From contig CANQBR010000002.1 in the NCBI GenBank assembly GCA_947589605.1, positions 7,361 through 71,360 on the forward strand: a DNA stretch of 64,000 nucleotides, written 5' to 3'. The translations under genes and the position numbers were made by a program. How positions within the stretch are numbered: position 1 is the stretch's first letter; every line of letters begins with the position of its first letter. Shown in pieces: positions 34,412 through 43,043 of the stretch. The notes below the pieces were generated by a model. The model was given only the letters and a program-made list of their open reading frames with translations, did not search any database and was not told the DNA's origin. Origin of the DNA: an uncultured Phascolarctobacterium sp. (GTDB taxonomy: Bacteria > Bacillota > Negativicutes > Acidaminococcales > Acidaminococcaceae).

Positions 34412-35296
34412 GTGAAAACGGAACTGAGAGTGCTGCGTTATTTTTTGGCGGTGGCCCGAGAGGGGAACATCACCAAGGCCGCCCGGCAGTTGTACATAAC
34501 TCAGCCCACTTTGAGCCGGCAGCTGGCTCATTTGGAAGAAGAACTGGGCGTGGCCCTCTTTAAAAGAGGGAGCAAAAAATTAGAGCTCACCTCTGCCGGG
34601 CTGCAATTGAAGCGGCGAGCGGAAGAGATTGACGAATTGGCCAACAAAACGGTGAAGGAAGTGGCGGCCAACGAAAACAGCGTGGCCGGCACCGTCTCCA
34701 TCAGCATGGGAGAACTGGCGGGCGTGGGCCTGGTGGCCGAGGCCATAGCTTCTTTCAAAAAACTTTATCCCGCCGTGGTCTTCGATATCGTGACCGCCAC
34801 CGCCGACGTGGTGAAAGAGCAGTTGGAGAAGGGGCTGACTGATATAGGCCTGATGCTGGAGCCTGCAGACACCGGCAGTTTCGATTTTCTTCGTTTGCGG
34901 CAGAAGGAGACTTGGGTGGTTTTGATGCGCACCGATGCTCCTTTGGCTTCTTTAGAAGCAGTGAGGCCCGCAGATCTTCGCACCATGCCCGTCATCATGC
35001 CCCGTCGGGCCGATGCTCAAAGTGCCCTGGCCGCTTGGTTCGGGCCCTCTTATAAAGATCTGAAGGTGGGCTTCACCAGTAATTTTTCCAATAATGCGGC
35101 GGTCTTGGTAAGGCAGGGCTTGGGTTATGCCATCGCCATCGGCGGCATGAAAGGTTGGGGCGAGGCAGACTCGATCTGCAGCCGACCTTTGGAACCGCCG
35201 CTGGAAGCGAGCAGTGTGCTGGTGTGGAAGAAGGGCCTGCCCTTCAGTCACGCCGCCGCCCGTTTCATCCAACATCTGCAAACCACCTTGGGTTAA
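34412..35296 (+). CDS. LysR-family transcriptional regulator
   Basis: LRVLRYFLAVAREGNITKAARQLYITQPTLSRQLAHLEEELGVALFKR plus a LysR substrate-binding domain. GTG 34412 chosen as start; the track N-terminus is hydrophobic junk. Confidence 0.88.
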   Translation: MKTELRVLRYFLAVAREGNITKAARQLYITQPTLSRQLAHLEEELGVALFKRGSKKLELTSAGLQLKRRAEEIDELANKTVKEVAANENSVAGTVSISMGELAGVGLVAEAIASFKKLYPAVVFDIVTATADVVKEQLEKGLTDIGLMLEPADTGSFDFLRLRQKETWVVLMRTDAPLASLEAVRPADLRTMPVIMPRRADAQSALAAWFGPSYKDLKVGFTSNFSNNAAVLVRQGLGYAIAIGGMKGWGEADSICSRPLEPPLEASSVLVWKKGLPFSHAAARFIQHLQTTLG

Positions 35297-35302
35297 AAGA
35301 AA

Positions 35303-35329
35303 AGCTGTCTCGAAGGAGACAGCTTTTTT
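35303..35329 (+). terminator. rho-independent terminator after the lysR-type gene
   Basis: AGCTGTCTC-gaag-GAGACAGCT followed by TTTTT. Confidence 0.85.
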
Positions 35330-35345
35330 GTGCGAAGAGGAGACA

Positions 35346-35378
35346 ACAAAAAGATCCCCGTCCCGAAGAGGACGGGGA
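35346..35378 (-). terminator. rho-independent terminator after the usp gene
   Basis: The minus strand reads TCCCCGTC-ctcttcgg-GACGGGGA followed by TCTTTTTGTTG. Confidence 0.75.
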
Positions 35379-35411
35379 AAATTTTTGCCAACGAGCAGAG
35401 CGCTGCGGCTT

Positions 35412-35858
35412 TTATTTGACGATCAGCACCGGCACCTCGGCGTATTGAGAAACTTTGGAAGAAACGCTGCCCAAAAAGAATTCGGCGATGCCGCTGAGGC
35501 CTCTGCTGCCCAGGATGATGGCGTCGGCCTCCAGCTTTTTGCTCAAAGCGATGATGCGCTCGCTGGGGTGGCCCGTCTCCAAACAAAATTCCAGAGGATA
35601 GGGGTAGCCTTGCAGCCGCACTTTGGCCATCTCCAGCACCTTGTCGCCGATGCGTTCCAAGTCGCTGTTGCCTTGGGCGATGGTGGAATGATCCAGAGGC
35701 ACGGCCAAAAGGGCCGCATTGTTGTAGGGCTGCACCACGTTGACCACGATGAGCTCGGAGGAGAACTTCTCGCCGATGGCCTTGGCGTTCTCCAGCGCCC
35801 GCCAGGCGCTTTCGCTGCCGTCTACCGGCACGATGATCTTGCTGTACATAGAAAACAC
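35412..35858 (-). CDS. universal stress protein (UspA family)
   Basis: KIIVPVDGSESAWRALENA...LIVVNVV...IILGSRGLSGIAEFFLGSVSSKVSQYAEVPVLIVK. Confidence 0.9.
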   Translation of the reverse strand: MFSMYSKIIVPVDGSESAWRALENAKAIGEKFSSELIVVNVVQPYNNAALLAVPLDHSTIAQGNSDLERIGDKVLEMAKVRLQGYPYPLEFCLETGHPSERIIALSKKLEADAIILGSRGLSGIAEFFLGSVSSKVSQYAEVPVLIVK

Positions 35859-35869
35859 CTCCAGATATT

Positions 35870-36256
35870 TTATTCCCGGCCGCGTTTCTGCCGGGCGGCA
35901 TGGATGCGTTGAGATTTTTTGCTCTCTTTTTTCTCGCCGACGGCGGGCTTAGACGGGGCCTTGGGAGCTTCGTCGTTGTCTAAGGGGCTTTCTCCTTTGA
36001 TGAAATAAAAGTAAAAGATCAAAGCGGCCAAAGCCACCAGCGGCAAGCTGCCCACATAGTAACGATATTGAACGGGGGCGGCGATGGTGACGAAGTCGAA
36101 GAGGATGATCAAGATGGGCACCAGCACCACCTGACCGATCTTGGCTACCCAACCGGTCTTGCCCCAGAAGCGCACCACGAAACCGTAGGCCAAAAAGGCC
36201 ATGGCAAAGGATGCGATGGACATGAAGAGCAAAAACATGAAGAAATCGAAATTCAT
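35870..36256 (-). CDS. small membrane protein, unknown function
   Basis: Three or four hydrophobic helices and a basic C-terminal tail. Packed 8-11 nt from its neighbours. Confidence 0.6.
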   Translation of the reverse strand: MNFDFFMFLLFMSIASFAMAFLAYGFVVRFWGKTGWVAKIGQVVLVPILIILFDFVTIAAPVQYRYYVGSLPLVALAALIFYFYFIKGESPLDNDEAPKAPSKPAVGEKKESKKSQRIHAARQKRGRE

Positions 36257-36264
36257 CGGCGACT

Positions 36265-37668
36265 TTAGACCTCCTCTTTGTTATCAAAACGCCGGAGCAC
36301 GGCCCGAGCGGCCCACACGCCGCTGGCGGAAGCCTGAGAGAGGCCGCGGGTGATGCCCGCCCCGTCGCCGACGGCGAAGAGGCCGGGGATGGCGGTCTCC
36401 AACTCGGAGCTCAATTGGGGACGGGCGCTGTAAAATTTCACTTCGGCTCCGTAGAGCAGAGTGTCGGCGTTGGCCATGCCCGGAGCGATCTTGTCCAAGG
36501 CATAGATCATTTCGATGATGTCGTCTAGCTGCCGCTTGGGCAGAGCCAAGCTGAGATCGCCCGGCGTGGCGGCTAGGGTGGGCTTGGTGAAACTTTTGGC
36601 CATCCGCTTCTCGCTGGTGCGGCGGCCCTTCACTAAGTCGCCGAAGCGCTGCACCAGCACGCCGCCTCCCAGCATATTGGAGAAAGAAGCGATGCGTTTG
36701 CCGTATTGCAGGGGCTCGCGGAAGGGCTCGGTGAAACGGTTGCTCACCAACAGGGCGAAGTTGGTGTTGCCGCTGCGCAGTTTGGGGTCGCGGTAGCTGT
36801 GGCCGTTGACGGTGATGATGCCGTCGGTGTTTTCCGCCACCACATAGCCGTAAGGGTTCATGCAGAAAGTGCGCACCAAGTCGTTGTATTGCTGGGTGCG
36901 GTAAAGGATCTTCGCCTCGTAGACCTGATCGGTGATCTCTTTCAGGACCTGAGCGGGCACTTCCACCCGTACTCCCACGTCCACCTGATTGTTGATGAGG
37001 GGAAGGCCCAACTGCCGGCATTCTTCGGCGAACCATTCGGCCCCGGCTCGGCCGGGGGCGCAAATCAAATAGGGGCACTCCAGCACATTGCCGTCCCCCA
37101 GCGTCACGGTGAAACCGCCGGCAGAGGGGCGGAAGTTCTCCACCGCCGTATCGCAGAGCAAAGCGATCTTGTCTTTAAGATAGGCGTAGATGCTCTCCAT
37201 GATGAGCAGGTTGTTCTCCGTGCCCAAATGGCGCACCTTGGCGCTCAAAAGGTGGAGGTCGTACTGCAGGCAGCGGGCGGCAAGGGGAGAGTTCTTCGTG
37301 GTGAAATATTCTCCCGGGGCGCCGTGGCGGCAGTTCAATTCGTCTACGTAATCGATGAGCTCTTCGATGGTCTTAACCGGCAGATAATCGGTGAGCCAGC
37401 CGCCGAACTCGGTGGTGAAATTGTATTTGCCGTCGGAAAAAGCACCGGCGCCGCCGAAGCCCCGCATGATGGAGCAGGGCTTGCAGCTGAGGCAGTGATC
37501 GGTCTTTTTCGCGGCCAAGGGGCAGAAGCGGGCCTTGATGGGATGCCCGGCCTCCAGCAGCGCCACCTGCAAGCTGGGAGCTCTCAGCGTGAACTCATAG
37601 GCGGCGAAGATGGCTGCAGGGCCGCCGCCCACTATGCACACGTCGAAATGTCTGCCTGTAGTCTTCAC
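36265..37668 (-). CDS. FAD-dependent oxidoreductase (COG2509-like uncharacterised FAD-dependent dehydrogenase)
   Basis: DVCIVGGGPAAIFAAYEF dinucleotide fold and C-terminal GLFAVGDGAGITRG. GTG start with GAGG upstream. Confidence 0.75.
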   Translation of the reverse strand: MKTTGRHFDVCIVGGGPAAIFAAYEFTLRAPSLQVALLEAGHPIKARFCPLAAKKTDHCLSCKPCSIMRGFGGAGAFSDGKYNFTTEFGGWLTDYLPVKTIEELIDYVDELNCRHGAPGEYFTTKNSPLAARCLQYDLHLLSAKVRHLGTENNLLIMESIYAYLKDKIALLCDTAVENFRPSAGGFTVTLGDGNVLECPYLICAPGRAGAEWFAEECRQLGLPLINNQVDVGVRVEVPAQVLKEITDQVYEAKILYRTQQYNDLVRTFCMNPYGYVVAENTDGIITVNGHSYRDPKLRSGNTNFALLVSNRFTEPFREPLQYGKRIASFSNMLGGGVLVQRFGDLVKGRRTSEKRMAKSFTKPTLAATPGDLSLALPKRQLDDIIEMIYALDKIAPGMANADTLLYGAEVKFYSARPQLSSELETAIPGLFAVGDGAGITRGLSQASASGVWAARAVLRRFDNKEEV

Positions 37669-37671
37669 TGT

Positions 37672-38166
37672 TCAAACCTCAAAATGCTGCTTCTCGTCTC
37701 CCAAAGGCTCATCCTTTTTGGGATGCTCTTTGAAAATGGTCATATTGTCTTTGGCGGTAGCTACCGCATCGTCGAAAACTTTTTTGAAAGGGGAGAGGTC
37801 GGCGGGTTTGCCGGCCAGATACCACTCGTACACTACGCGGCCCAAACCGTAGGTGGTGCCCACGGCGATGGGTATCTGCAGGGGAGGAAAGGGGATGAGG
37901 GCAGAAAGAGTGCTGCCGATGAAGTGGGCGCCCAAACTGCCCATGAGGCCGGCCGCGGCCTTTTGGGTCAGGGTCTCGCCGAAAAGTTTGCCCATCTTCA
38001 TGATGAGATAGATGTCGTTGGCCCACAGGCTCAAAGGCCCCAGCCCCGGCACCACCACGATGGCGCCGGCTCTGGCGGCTGCCCAGCGGCACAACGACTC
38101 CGCTTCTTCGGCTCGCATATTATCGTCGATGATCTCTGCGTCTACAACTTCCGGTCCGTCGCTCAT
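37672..38166 (-). CDS. hypothetical protein (DUF697/YcjF-like impression only)
   Basis: RBS AAGGAGG; stop lies 3 nt before the next gene. Amphipathic/hydrophobic middle region. Confidence 0.55.
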   Translation of the reverse strand: MSDGPEVVDAEIIDDNMRAEEAESLCRWAAARAGAIVVVPGLGPLSLWANDIYLIMKMGKLFGETLTQKAAAGLMGSLGAHFIGSTLSALIPFPPLQIPIAVGTTYGLGRVVYEWYLAGKPADLSPFKKVFDDAVATAKDNMTIFKEHPKKDEPLGDEKQHFEV

Positions 38167-38206
38167 GGCTCGACCTCCTTATCAGCCGCTGCCGCCGTTT
38201 TTCTCG

Positions 38207-38584
38207 TCATTCGCCGAATTTTGCCCGGCGCTCTGCTTCCCGTTTGCGGATGTAGTCGGTGACCATGACGGTGCTGTCTTCGATCACCACCAGAGAATGC
38301 TCGGCGTGTTTTTCCAAAAAGGGCAGGATCTTTTCGATGTTCTCCCTAAGGTCCACGATCTCCACGAGGATGGGGAGATTGCCGTTGCCGCTGATGAAAG
38401 TGTTGATGGCCCTGCCCATGCCCCGGGCCGTGGAGGCGTAGCCCCCTATGCCCTTGCAGACGGTGCCGCCGGCCAAGCCCAGACGGCGGGCCTCTTCGAT
38501 GATGCACTTATAAAGGGGCTTGTCGTCGCACAGCACGTCTTCGCCGGTATAAACTTTTAAGAAAGTGGCTTTTCTGAATTCCAT
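38207..38584 (-). CDS. DUF190 (PII-like fold, UPF0166) protein
   Basis: MEFRKATFLKVYTGEDVLCDDKPLYKCIIEEARRLGLAGGTVCKGIGGYA...LPILVEIVD is typical of DUF190. Start set to ATG 38584. Confidence 0.7.
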   Translation of the reverse strand: MEFRKATFLKVYTGEDVLCDDKPLYKCIIEEARRLGLAGGTVCKGIGGYASTARGMGRAINTFISGNGNLPILVEIVDLRENIEKILPFLEKHAEHSLVVIEDSTVMVTDYIRKREAERRAKFGE

Positions 38585-38742
38585 GATGCTCTCGACCTCC
38601 CGCGGCAGAATTGCTTTCGCTTTCATTATACCATTTTTGCCAAAAGAGGTTAAGGCGAATTTCTTCCTTCGCAAAAATTATGAAAAATTATTTTGAGCGA
38701 GGCCGCCGCTGCCTCAAGAAAAATTTTCCGAGGCGTCGCTCC

Positions 38743-38772
38743 TTGCCTTGGCGGTGAAAACTTTGTTATAAT
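38743..38772 (+). promoter_or_regulatory. possible sigma70 promoter for the thioesterase gene
   Basis: TTGCCT - 18 nt - TATAAT. Confidence 0.4.
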
Positions 38773-38859
38773 CAAAAAAAGTCCGAAAAAATTTTTACGA
38801 ATGCGTTCAAAAAAGTTCGAGGCAAAACGCTTCGAGCCGAGGCTGAAGGAGGAAGAAGC

Positions 38860-39237
38860 ATGGAGATCAAAGCCGGTCTGGAAGGCAGAGCACAGGAAAA
38901 AGTGACGGCGGCAGTGACGGCCAAGGCTGTGGGCAGCGGGTCTTTAGCCGTTTACGCTACCCCCGCCATGTGCGCCCTAATGGAAAAGGCGGCTTGCGCC
39001 GCCATCGATGATCTTTTGCAAGAAGGAGAGAGCAGCGTGGGCACGCTGCTGGAGATCGTTCACGAAAGAGCCAGCGCCCCGTGCAGCCTCATCACCGCCG
39101 TCGCACGCTTGACGGAAGTGAAGGGCAGGGCCCTGAGCTTTGCGGTGGAAGCCGCCGATGAAAAAGGCCCCATAGGCAGGGGCCGGCATCAAAGAGTGAT
39201 CGTCAATGTGGAAAAATTTTTGGCGCGGCTGAGCTAA
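38860..39237 (+). CDS. hot-dog-fold thioesterase, FlK-like family
   Basis: ATPAMCALMEKAA...VGTLLEIVHERA...VKGRALSFAVEAADEKGPIGRGRHQRVIV is colinear with the fluoroacetyl-CoA thioesterase family. The Thr, Glu and His positions are present. Confidence 0.65.
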   Translation: MEIKAGLEGRAQEKVTAAVTAKAVGSGSLAVYATPAMCALMEKAACAAIDDLLQEGESSVGTLLEIVHERASAPCSLITAVARLTEVKGRALSFAVEAADEKGPIGRGRHQRVIVNVEKFLARLS

Positions 39238-40802
39238 TCCGCAGCTTTTTCTTCCGCCAAAGAAGCAAGATAGGGGATGTTGGCGTTCTCCGTCATGATG
39301 TAAAGATAATCGCCGGCTCGCAGGAGAGTGTCGCCGTGAGGGATGAGCTGCTGCTCGCCTCGTTTGATGTCCACCAGCAGAGTGTCGCTAGGCCAGGCCA
39401 CGTGTTTGATGAGTTTGTTTTCCAGCACGCTGCCGCTGGCCACCGCCAATTCCGTCACGTTGCGCTGTCGCAAGAGGGCCTTTTTCGGTTTGCCCTGCTC
39501 CAAGGAGCGGAGCAGCAATTCTTCGTAGATGGGGCGGCCGCCACACAGTTCCGCCACGCTGAAGGCTACCAAAGAAGCCAAGGCCAGCACCAAAAGATGC
39601 TGATAAGAAGCGGTCATCTCCATGATCAGCACCATGCCGGTGATGGGGGCCTTGGTGCAGGCAGCGAAGAGAGCGGCCATAGAGATGACGATGATATTGG
39701 GAGCAAAGCTCGGCTCCAAAAGACCGAGGGCGATGCAGGCTTGGCCGCAAAGCCCGCCGCAAAGGGCGCCGATGACCAACATGGGCAGAAAGAAACCGCC
39801 GGGGGCGCCGCTGCCGTAGCTGAAAAGAGTGAAGATAAATTTTCCCAACAAAAAGAGAGCCAAGAGGCGTAAAGGCGCAGGAGAGCGCACCAGACCGTTG
39901 ATCAATTCGTTGCCTCCCCCCAGCACTTGGGGCAGGTACAGCCCCAGCACCCCGGCCGAAAAGAGAGGGAAGAGCAATCTGGCGAAAGTATTTTTAAAAA
40001 AGGGCAGGGCGTAGAAGCGGCCGATGGAGAGCAGGCCTTTGTTGAAGGCCACGCCCGCCAGCCCGGCGATGAGGGCCGCCAAGATGATGATGCCGTAGTG
40101 ATGATCGATGGGCACCAAGGGCAGTTCTTCGAAAATAAAAATGGCGTCGCGGCCGAAAAGGGCTCTGCTCACTACAGTGGCGCACACCGCTGCCGTCATG
40201 GAGGGCAGCAGCACCACGATGGAAAAATTTTTGTGCAATTCTTCCAAGGCGAAGATCACTCCCGCCAAGGGCGCATTGAAAGCGGCGGCGAGGCCGGCGC
40301 TGGCGCCGCTGGTGAGCAGGTAGCGCTCTTCCATGCGGGTGCGGCCCAAGCCTCGGCTGATGCCCTGAGCGGTGACGGCTCCCAATTGGATGCTGGGGCC
40401 CTCTCGGCCCAGAGAGAGACCGGCGCCGATGGCCAAGATACCGCCCAACAGTTTAGCCCATAAAATAGAGGCCCAGCGGAGCTTCACCAAGCCCATCAGC
40501 ACGCCCTTCACCTGAGGGATGCCGCTGCCGGAAGCCAAGGGCTCCGTCTTCACCAATCCGGCCAAAAGAAAAGCGATGACGGCGAGAAAGAGGAAAAGAG
40601 GCAGCAGATAGGCAGCGGGAGCGGAGCGAAGAAAGAGATAGGCTTCCGACCGTAATTTTTCCGCCCAAAAAAGGGCGAAGCGAAAGAAGCTGATCACCAG
40701 ACCGGACGAGAGACCGATGAGGCAGCCTTCGGCAAAAAGTTTTAGCCGGAAACCTTGCCAGTGATTGATGCTGTTCATGGTGTTGTGCAAAGCATCTTTC
40801 AT
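39234..40802 (-). CDS. ClC-family chloride channel / Cl-/H+ antiporter with a C-terminal TrkA-C (RCK_C) domain
   Basis: Canonical selectivity motifs GSGIP, GREGP and GGFFLP. The C-terminal ~80 aa are TrkA_C-like (LIKHVAWPSDTLLVDIKRGEQQLIPHGDTLLRAGDYLYIM). Confidence 0.88.
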   Translation of the reverse strand: MKDALHNTMNSINHWQGFRLKLFAEGCLIGLSSGLVISFFRFALFWAEKLRSEAYLFLRSAPAAYLLPLFLFLAVIAFLLAGLVKTEPLASGSGIPQVKGVLMGLVKLRWASILWAKLLGGILAIGAGLSLGREGPSIQLGAVTAQGISRGLGRTRMEERYLLTSGASAGLAAAFNAPLAGVIFALEELHKNFSIVVLLPSMTAAVCATVVSRALFGRDAIFIFEELPLVPIDHHYGIIILAALIAGLAGVAFNKGLLSIGRFYALPFFKNTFARLLFPLFSAGVLGLYLPQVLGGGNELINGLVRSPAPLRLLALFLLGKFIFTLFSYGSGAPGGFFLPMLVIGALCGGLCGQACIALGLLEPSFAPNIIVISMAALFAACTKAPITGMVLIMEMTASYQHLLVLALASLVAFSVAELCGGRPIYEELLLRSLEQGKPKKALLRQRNVTELAVASGSVLENKLIKHVAWPSDTLLVDIKRGEQQLIPHGDTLLRAGDYLYIMTENANIPYLASLAEEKAAD

Positions 40803-40834
40803 GCAGCGACCTTCTTTGCGTTAAAAAATTTGCG

Positions 40835-40873
40835 GATAAAGGGAAAGAGCCCGCGGGCGGCGCACTGCGGGCT
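40835..40873 (-). terminator. probable terminator after the gltD-like gene
   Basis: The minus strand reads AGCCCGC-12 nt-GCGGGCT, then CTTTCCCTTTATC. Confidence 0.5.
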
Positions 40874-40893
40874 TAAAGCACGGCCGACGGAGC

Positions 40894-42261
40894 CTAGAGC
40901 TCGCAGTCGGCCAAAAGTTTTTTGGCGGCTATGTATTGAGCCATGCCCTCGGCTACCAGTTTGCTCTCTTTCATGGTGTTGACCACGGTGGCGGGGCCGC
41001 TGTCTACGCCGGTGAAAACTCCGGCGCGGGTGGTCATGCCGTAGGGACGCCGGCGGGTGATGACGAAGCCTCGGCTGTCGGTCTGCAGGCCCTCGGTAGA
41101 GGCGATGATGCGAGGCATGGGCTTGTGGCCCACGGAGAGGATGATGCTGTCTGCTTCCATGAGCTGCTGGCCGCCTTCCGGCACCAAAGAGCCGTCCTCG
41201 TCACGGGCAAGGTTTTGCAAGAGCAGGCCGGCTACTCGGCTCTCATCGGCCATGTCGCCGTTGCGGCGCACATTAAGGAGGGCCCGCATCTGCTTTTTGT
41301 TGAAATAAGCCATGGGCTTGGTCAAAAAATTGAATTGCACGCCGGCCGCTGCCGTTTGCATATAATCTTCGTAACCGCAGGCCAAAGTGCCTTCGTCCCT
41401 GCCGGTGACGATGTTCACGGAGGCCGGGCCGAAGTTCAAAGCGGTGCGGGCCGCTTCCATGGCCATGGCATCGTTGCCCACCACCACTACATTGTCGCCG
41501 GGTTGCAGCAGCGTTTCTCCTTCGTCCAAACGGCCGGCTTCGATGAGGGTGGCATTGCGCAAAAAGAAGCTGGCGGCTTGGATGCCGCTCAATTCTTTGC
41601 CGGGCAGATCCAATGTATAGGGGAGAGAAGTGCCGCTGCCTATGAAAATAGCATCGAAGCCTGCGGCGAAGAGGTCGTCCACGGTGAAGTCTTCGCCGGC
41701 CAGCCGGCCTGTTTCGATGGCCACTCCCAAACTGCGGAGCTGGGCTATCTCGCGGCGCACCACGCTTTTTTGCAGGCGATATTCGGGAAAACCGTAGAGG
41801 AGCACGCCTCCCGGCTCGGCTTGAGCTTCGAAGATGGTGACGTCGTAATTTAAACGGGCCAGTTCTCCCGCTACCGTCAGCCCCGCGGGACCGGAGCCGA
41901 TGACAGCTACTCGTCCCTCCTCTTTGGTGGAGGGACAGGGAGGCTTGATGTCATTATTGAGGGCGAAGTCGGCTACGAAAGCTTCGAGATTGCCGATATT
42001 GACGGCAGTCTGCCGCCGAGCCAAAAAGCAACGGGCTTCGCATTGACGTTCATGGGGGCACACCCGGCCGCAAACGGCGGGCAGATTGTTGCTGCCGATG
42101 ATGATCTCGTAGGCGCTGCCCAAGTTGCCTTCCGCCAGCGCCCGCATAAAATCGGGGATGGGCACGGCCAAGGGGCAGCCGTCGATGCAAGTGGGGCAGG
42201 GGCAACCCCGGCAGCGGCGTGCTTCTTTGATGGCTTCGCCGGTGTCGATGCTTCTGTACAT
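40894..42261 (-). CDS. GltD-family NAD(P)H-dependent oxidoreductase (glutamate synthase small-subunit-like, Fe-S + FAD)
   Basis: N-terminal Cys clusters (CRGCPCPTCIDGCP; CGRVCPHERQCEARC) and VAVIGSGPAGL. No large-subunit gene is adjacent. Confidence 0.8.
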   Translation of the reverse strand: MYRSIDTGEAIKEARRCRGCPCPTCIDGCPLAVPIPDFMRALAEGNLGSAYEIIIGSNNLPAVCGRVCPHERQCEARCFLARRQTAVNIGNLEAFVADFALNNDIKPPCPSTKEEGRVAVIGSGPAGLTVAGELARLNYDVTIFEAQAEPGGVLLYGFPEYRLQKSVVRREIAQLRSLGVAIETGRLAGEDFTVDDLFAAGFDAIFIGSGTSLPYTLDLPGKELSGIQAASFFLRNATLIEAGRLDEGETLLQPGDNVVVVGNDAMAMEAARTALNFGPASVNIVTGRDEGTLACGYEDYMQTAAAGVQFNFLTKPMAYFNKKQMRALLNVRRNGDMADESRVAGLLLQNLARDEDGSLVPEGGQQLMEADSIILSVGHKPMPRIIASTEGLQTDSRGFVITRRRPYGMTTRAGVFTGVDSGPATVVNTMKESKLVAEGMAQYIAAKKLLADCEL

Positions 42262-42438
42262 AAAACTTCCTCCCTCATCGATCCGCCGCTTTTTGTGCGG
42301 ACAAAGGGCTCGTTATCGTCTTCATATATTTTAGCATAGCGAGGAAAGGGTGTAAACGAAAATCAAGACAACAGGTGGAGGGAGGCTCTTTCCTTCGAGA
42401 TGGGAGTACTTTTTTCGGAAAGAAAATTTTTCGGCCTC

Positions 42439-42467
42439 TTGTCAAAAGTCGAAAAGTCAAATATAAT
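42439..42467 (+). promoter_or_regulatory. sigma70 promoter with CtsR-box-like GTCAAA repeats in the spacer
   Basis: TTGTCA - 17 nt - TATAAT. The spacer/-35 region reads GTCAAAAGTCGAAAAGTCAAA (three GTC(A/G)AA heptad-like units). Confidence 0.6.
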
Positions 42468-42536
42468 AAGGGCAGAAAGAAAAGCTCCGGCCCTAGGCTC
42501 GCATGAAAGCCGCAAGACAGGCGAAGGAAGACCATT

Positions 42537-42986
42537 ATGCAAAATTTAGCAGACATTATCGAAAATTTCATCCTGAGAGAATTGTATCAGGAGGGAGAAG
42601 CGGGTTATTTGGTGCAGCGCAACGAACTGGCCGAGCATTTGGACTGCGCTCCCTCTCAGATCAGCTATGTGCTCAGCACCCGCTTCACCCCGGAGCGAGG
42701 CTATTTGGTCCAGTCACGCCGGGGCAGCGGCGGCTTCGTCCGCATTTTGCGTTTGCGCGAAGAACTTCCCCGAGGGAGCGAAGAAAAAGAGCAGCAGCCG
42801 CCCAAGCAGCCTCCCACAGCGGAGGAGCTGTTGAAAACTTTGCAGGAGGAAAGAGTCATCACTCCCAGAGAGCGGCGGCTCTTGGCCTACTTTTTGCGAG
42901 CGATCAAAGCCGACGAAGGGAAAAAACTGGAGCTGCTGCGGGAAGCTCTGCGGCACATGCGGGAGCAAAGAGGAGCGAGCCGTTAA
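42537..42986 (+). CDS. ctsR: class III stress-gene repressor CtsR
   Basis: MQNLADIIENFILREL...QRNELAEHLDCAPSQISYVLSTRFTPERGYLVQSRRGSGGFVRI is a near-canonical CtsR N-domain. Confidence 0.9.
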   Translation: MQNLADIIENFILRELYQEGEAGYLVQRNELAEHLDCAPSQISYVLSTRFTPERGYLVQSRRGSGGFVRILRLREELPRGSEEKEQQPPKQPPTAEELLKTLQEERVITPRERRLLAYFLRAIKADEGKKLELLREALRHMREQRGASR

Positions 42987-43043
42987 AGAAAAAAGCCCGC
43001 GCAAAAATCCCCGGCGCGAGCCGGATAAAGAGAGGACAAAATC

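Noticed and set aside
38207-40893. A fluoride-resistance module (DUF190 + CLC-F + crcB-type fluoride riboswitch).
   Set aside because: The ClC has the canonical chloride-type filter motifs GSGIP, GREGP and GxFxP. The ~90 nt upstream of it contain only the neighbouring gene's terminator and an RBS, with no riboswitch-like fold.
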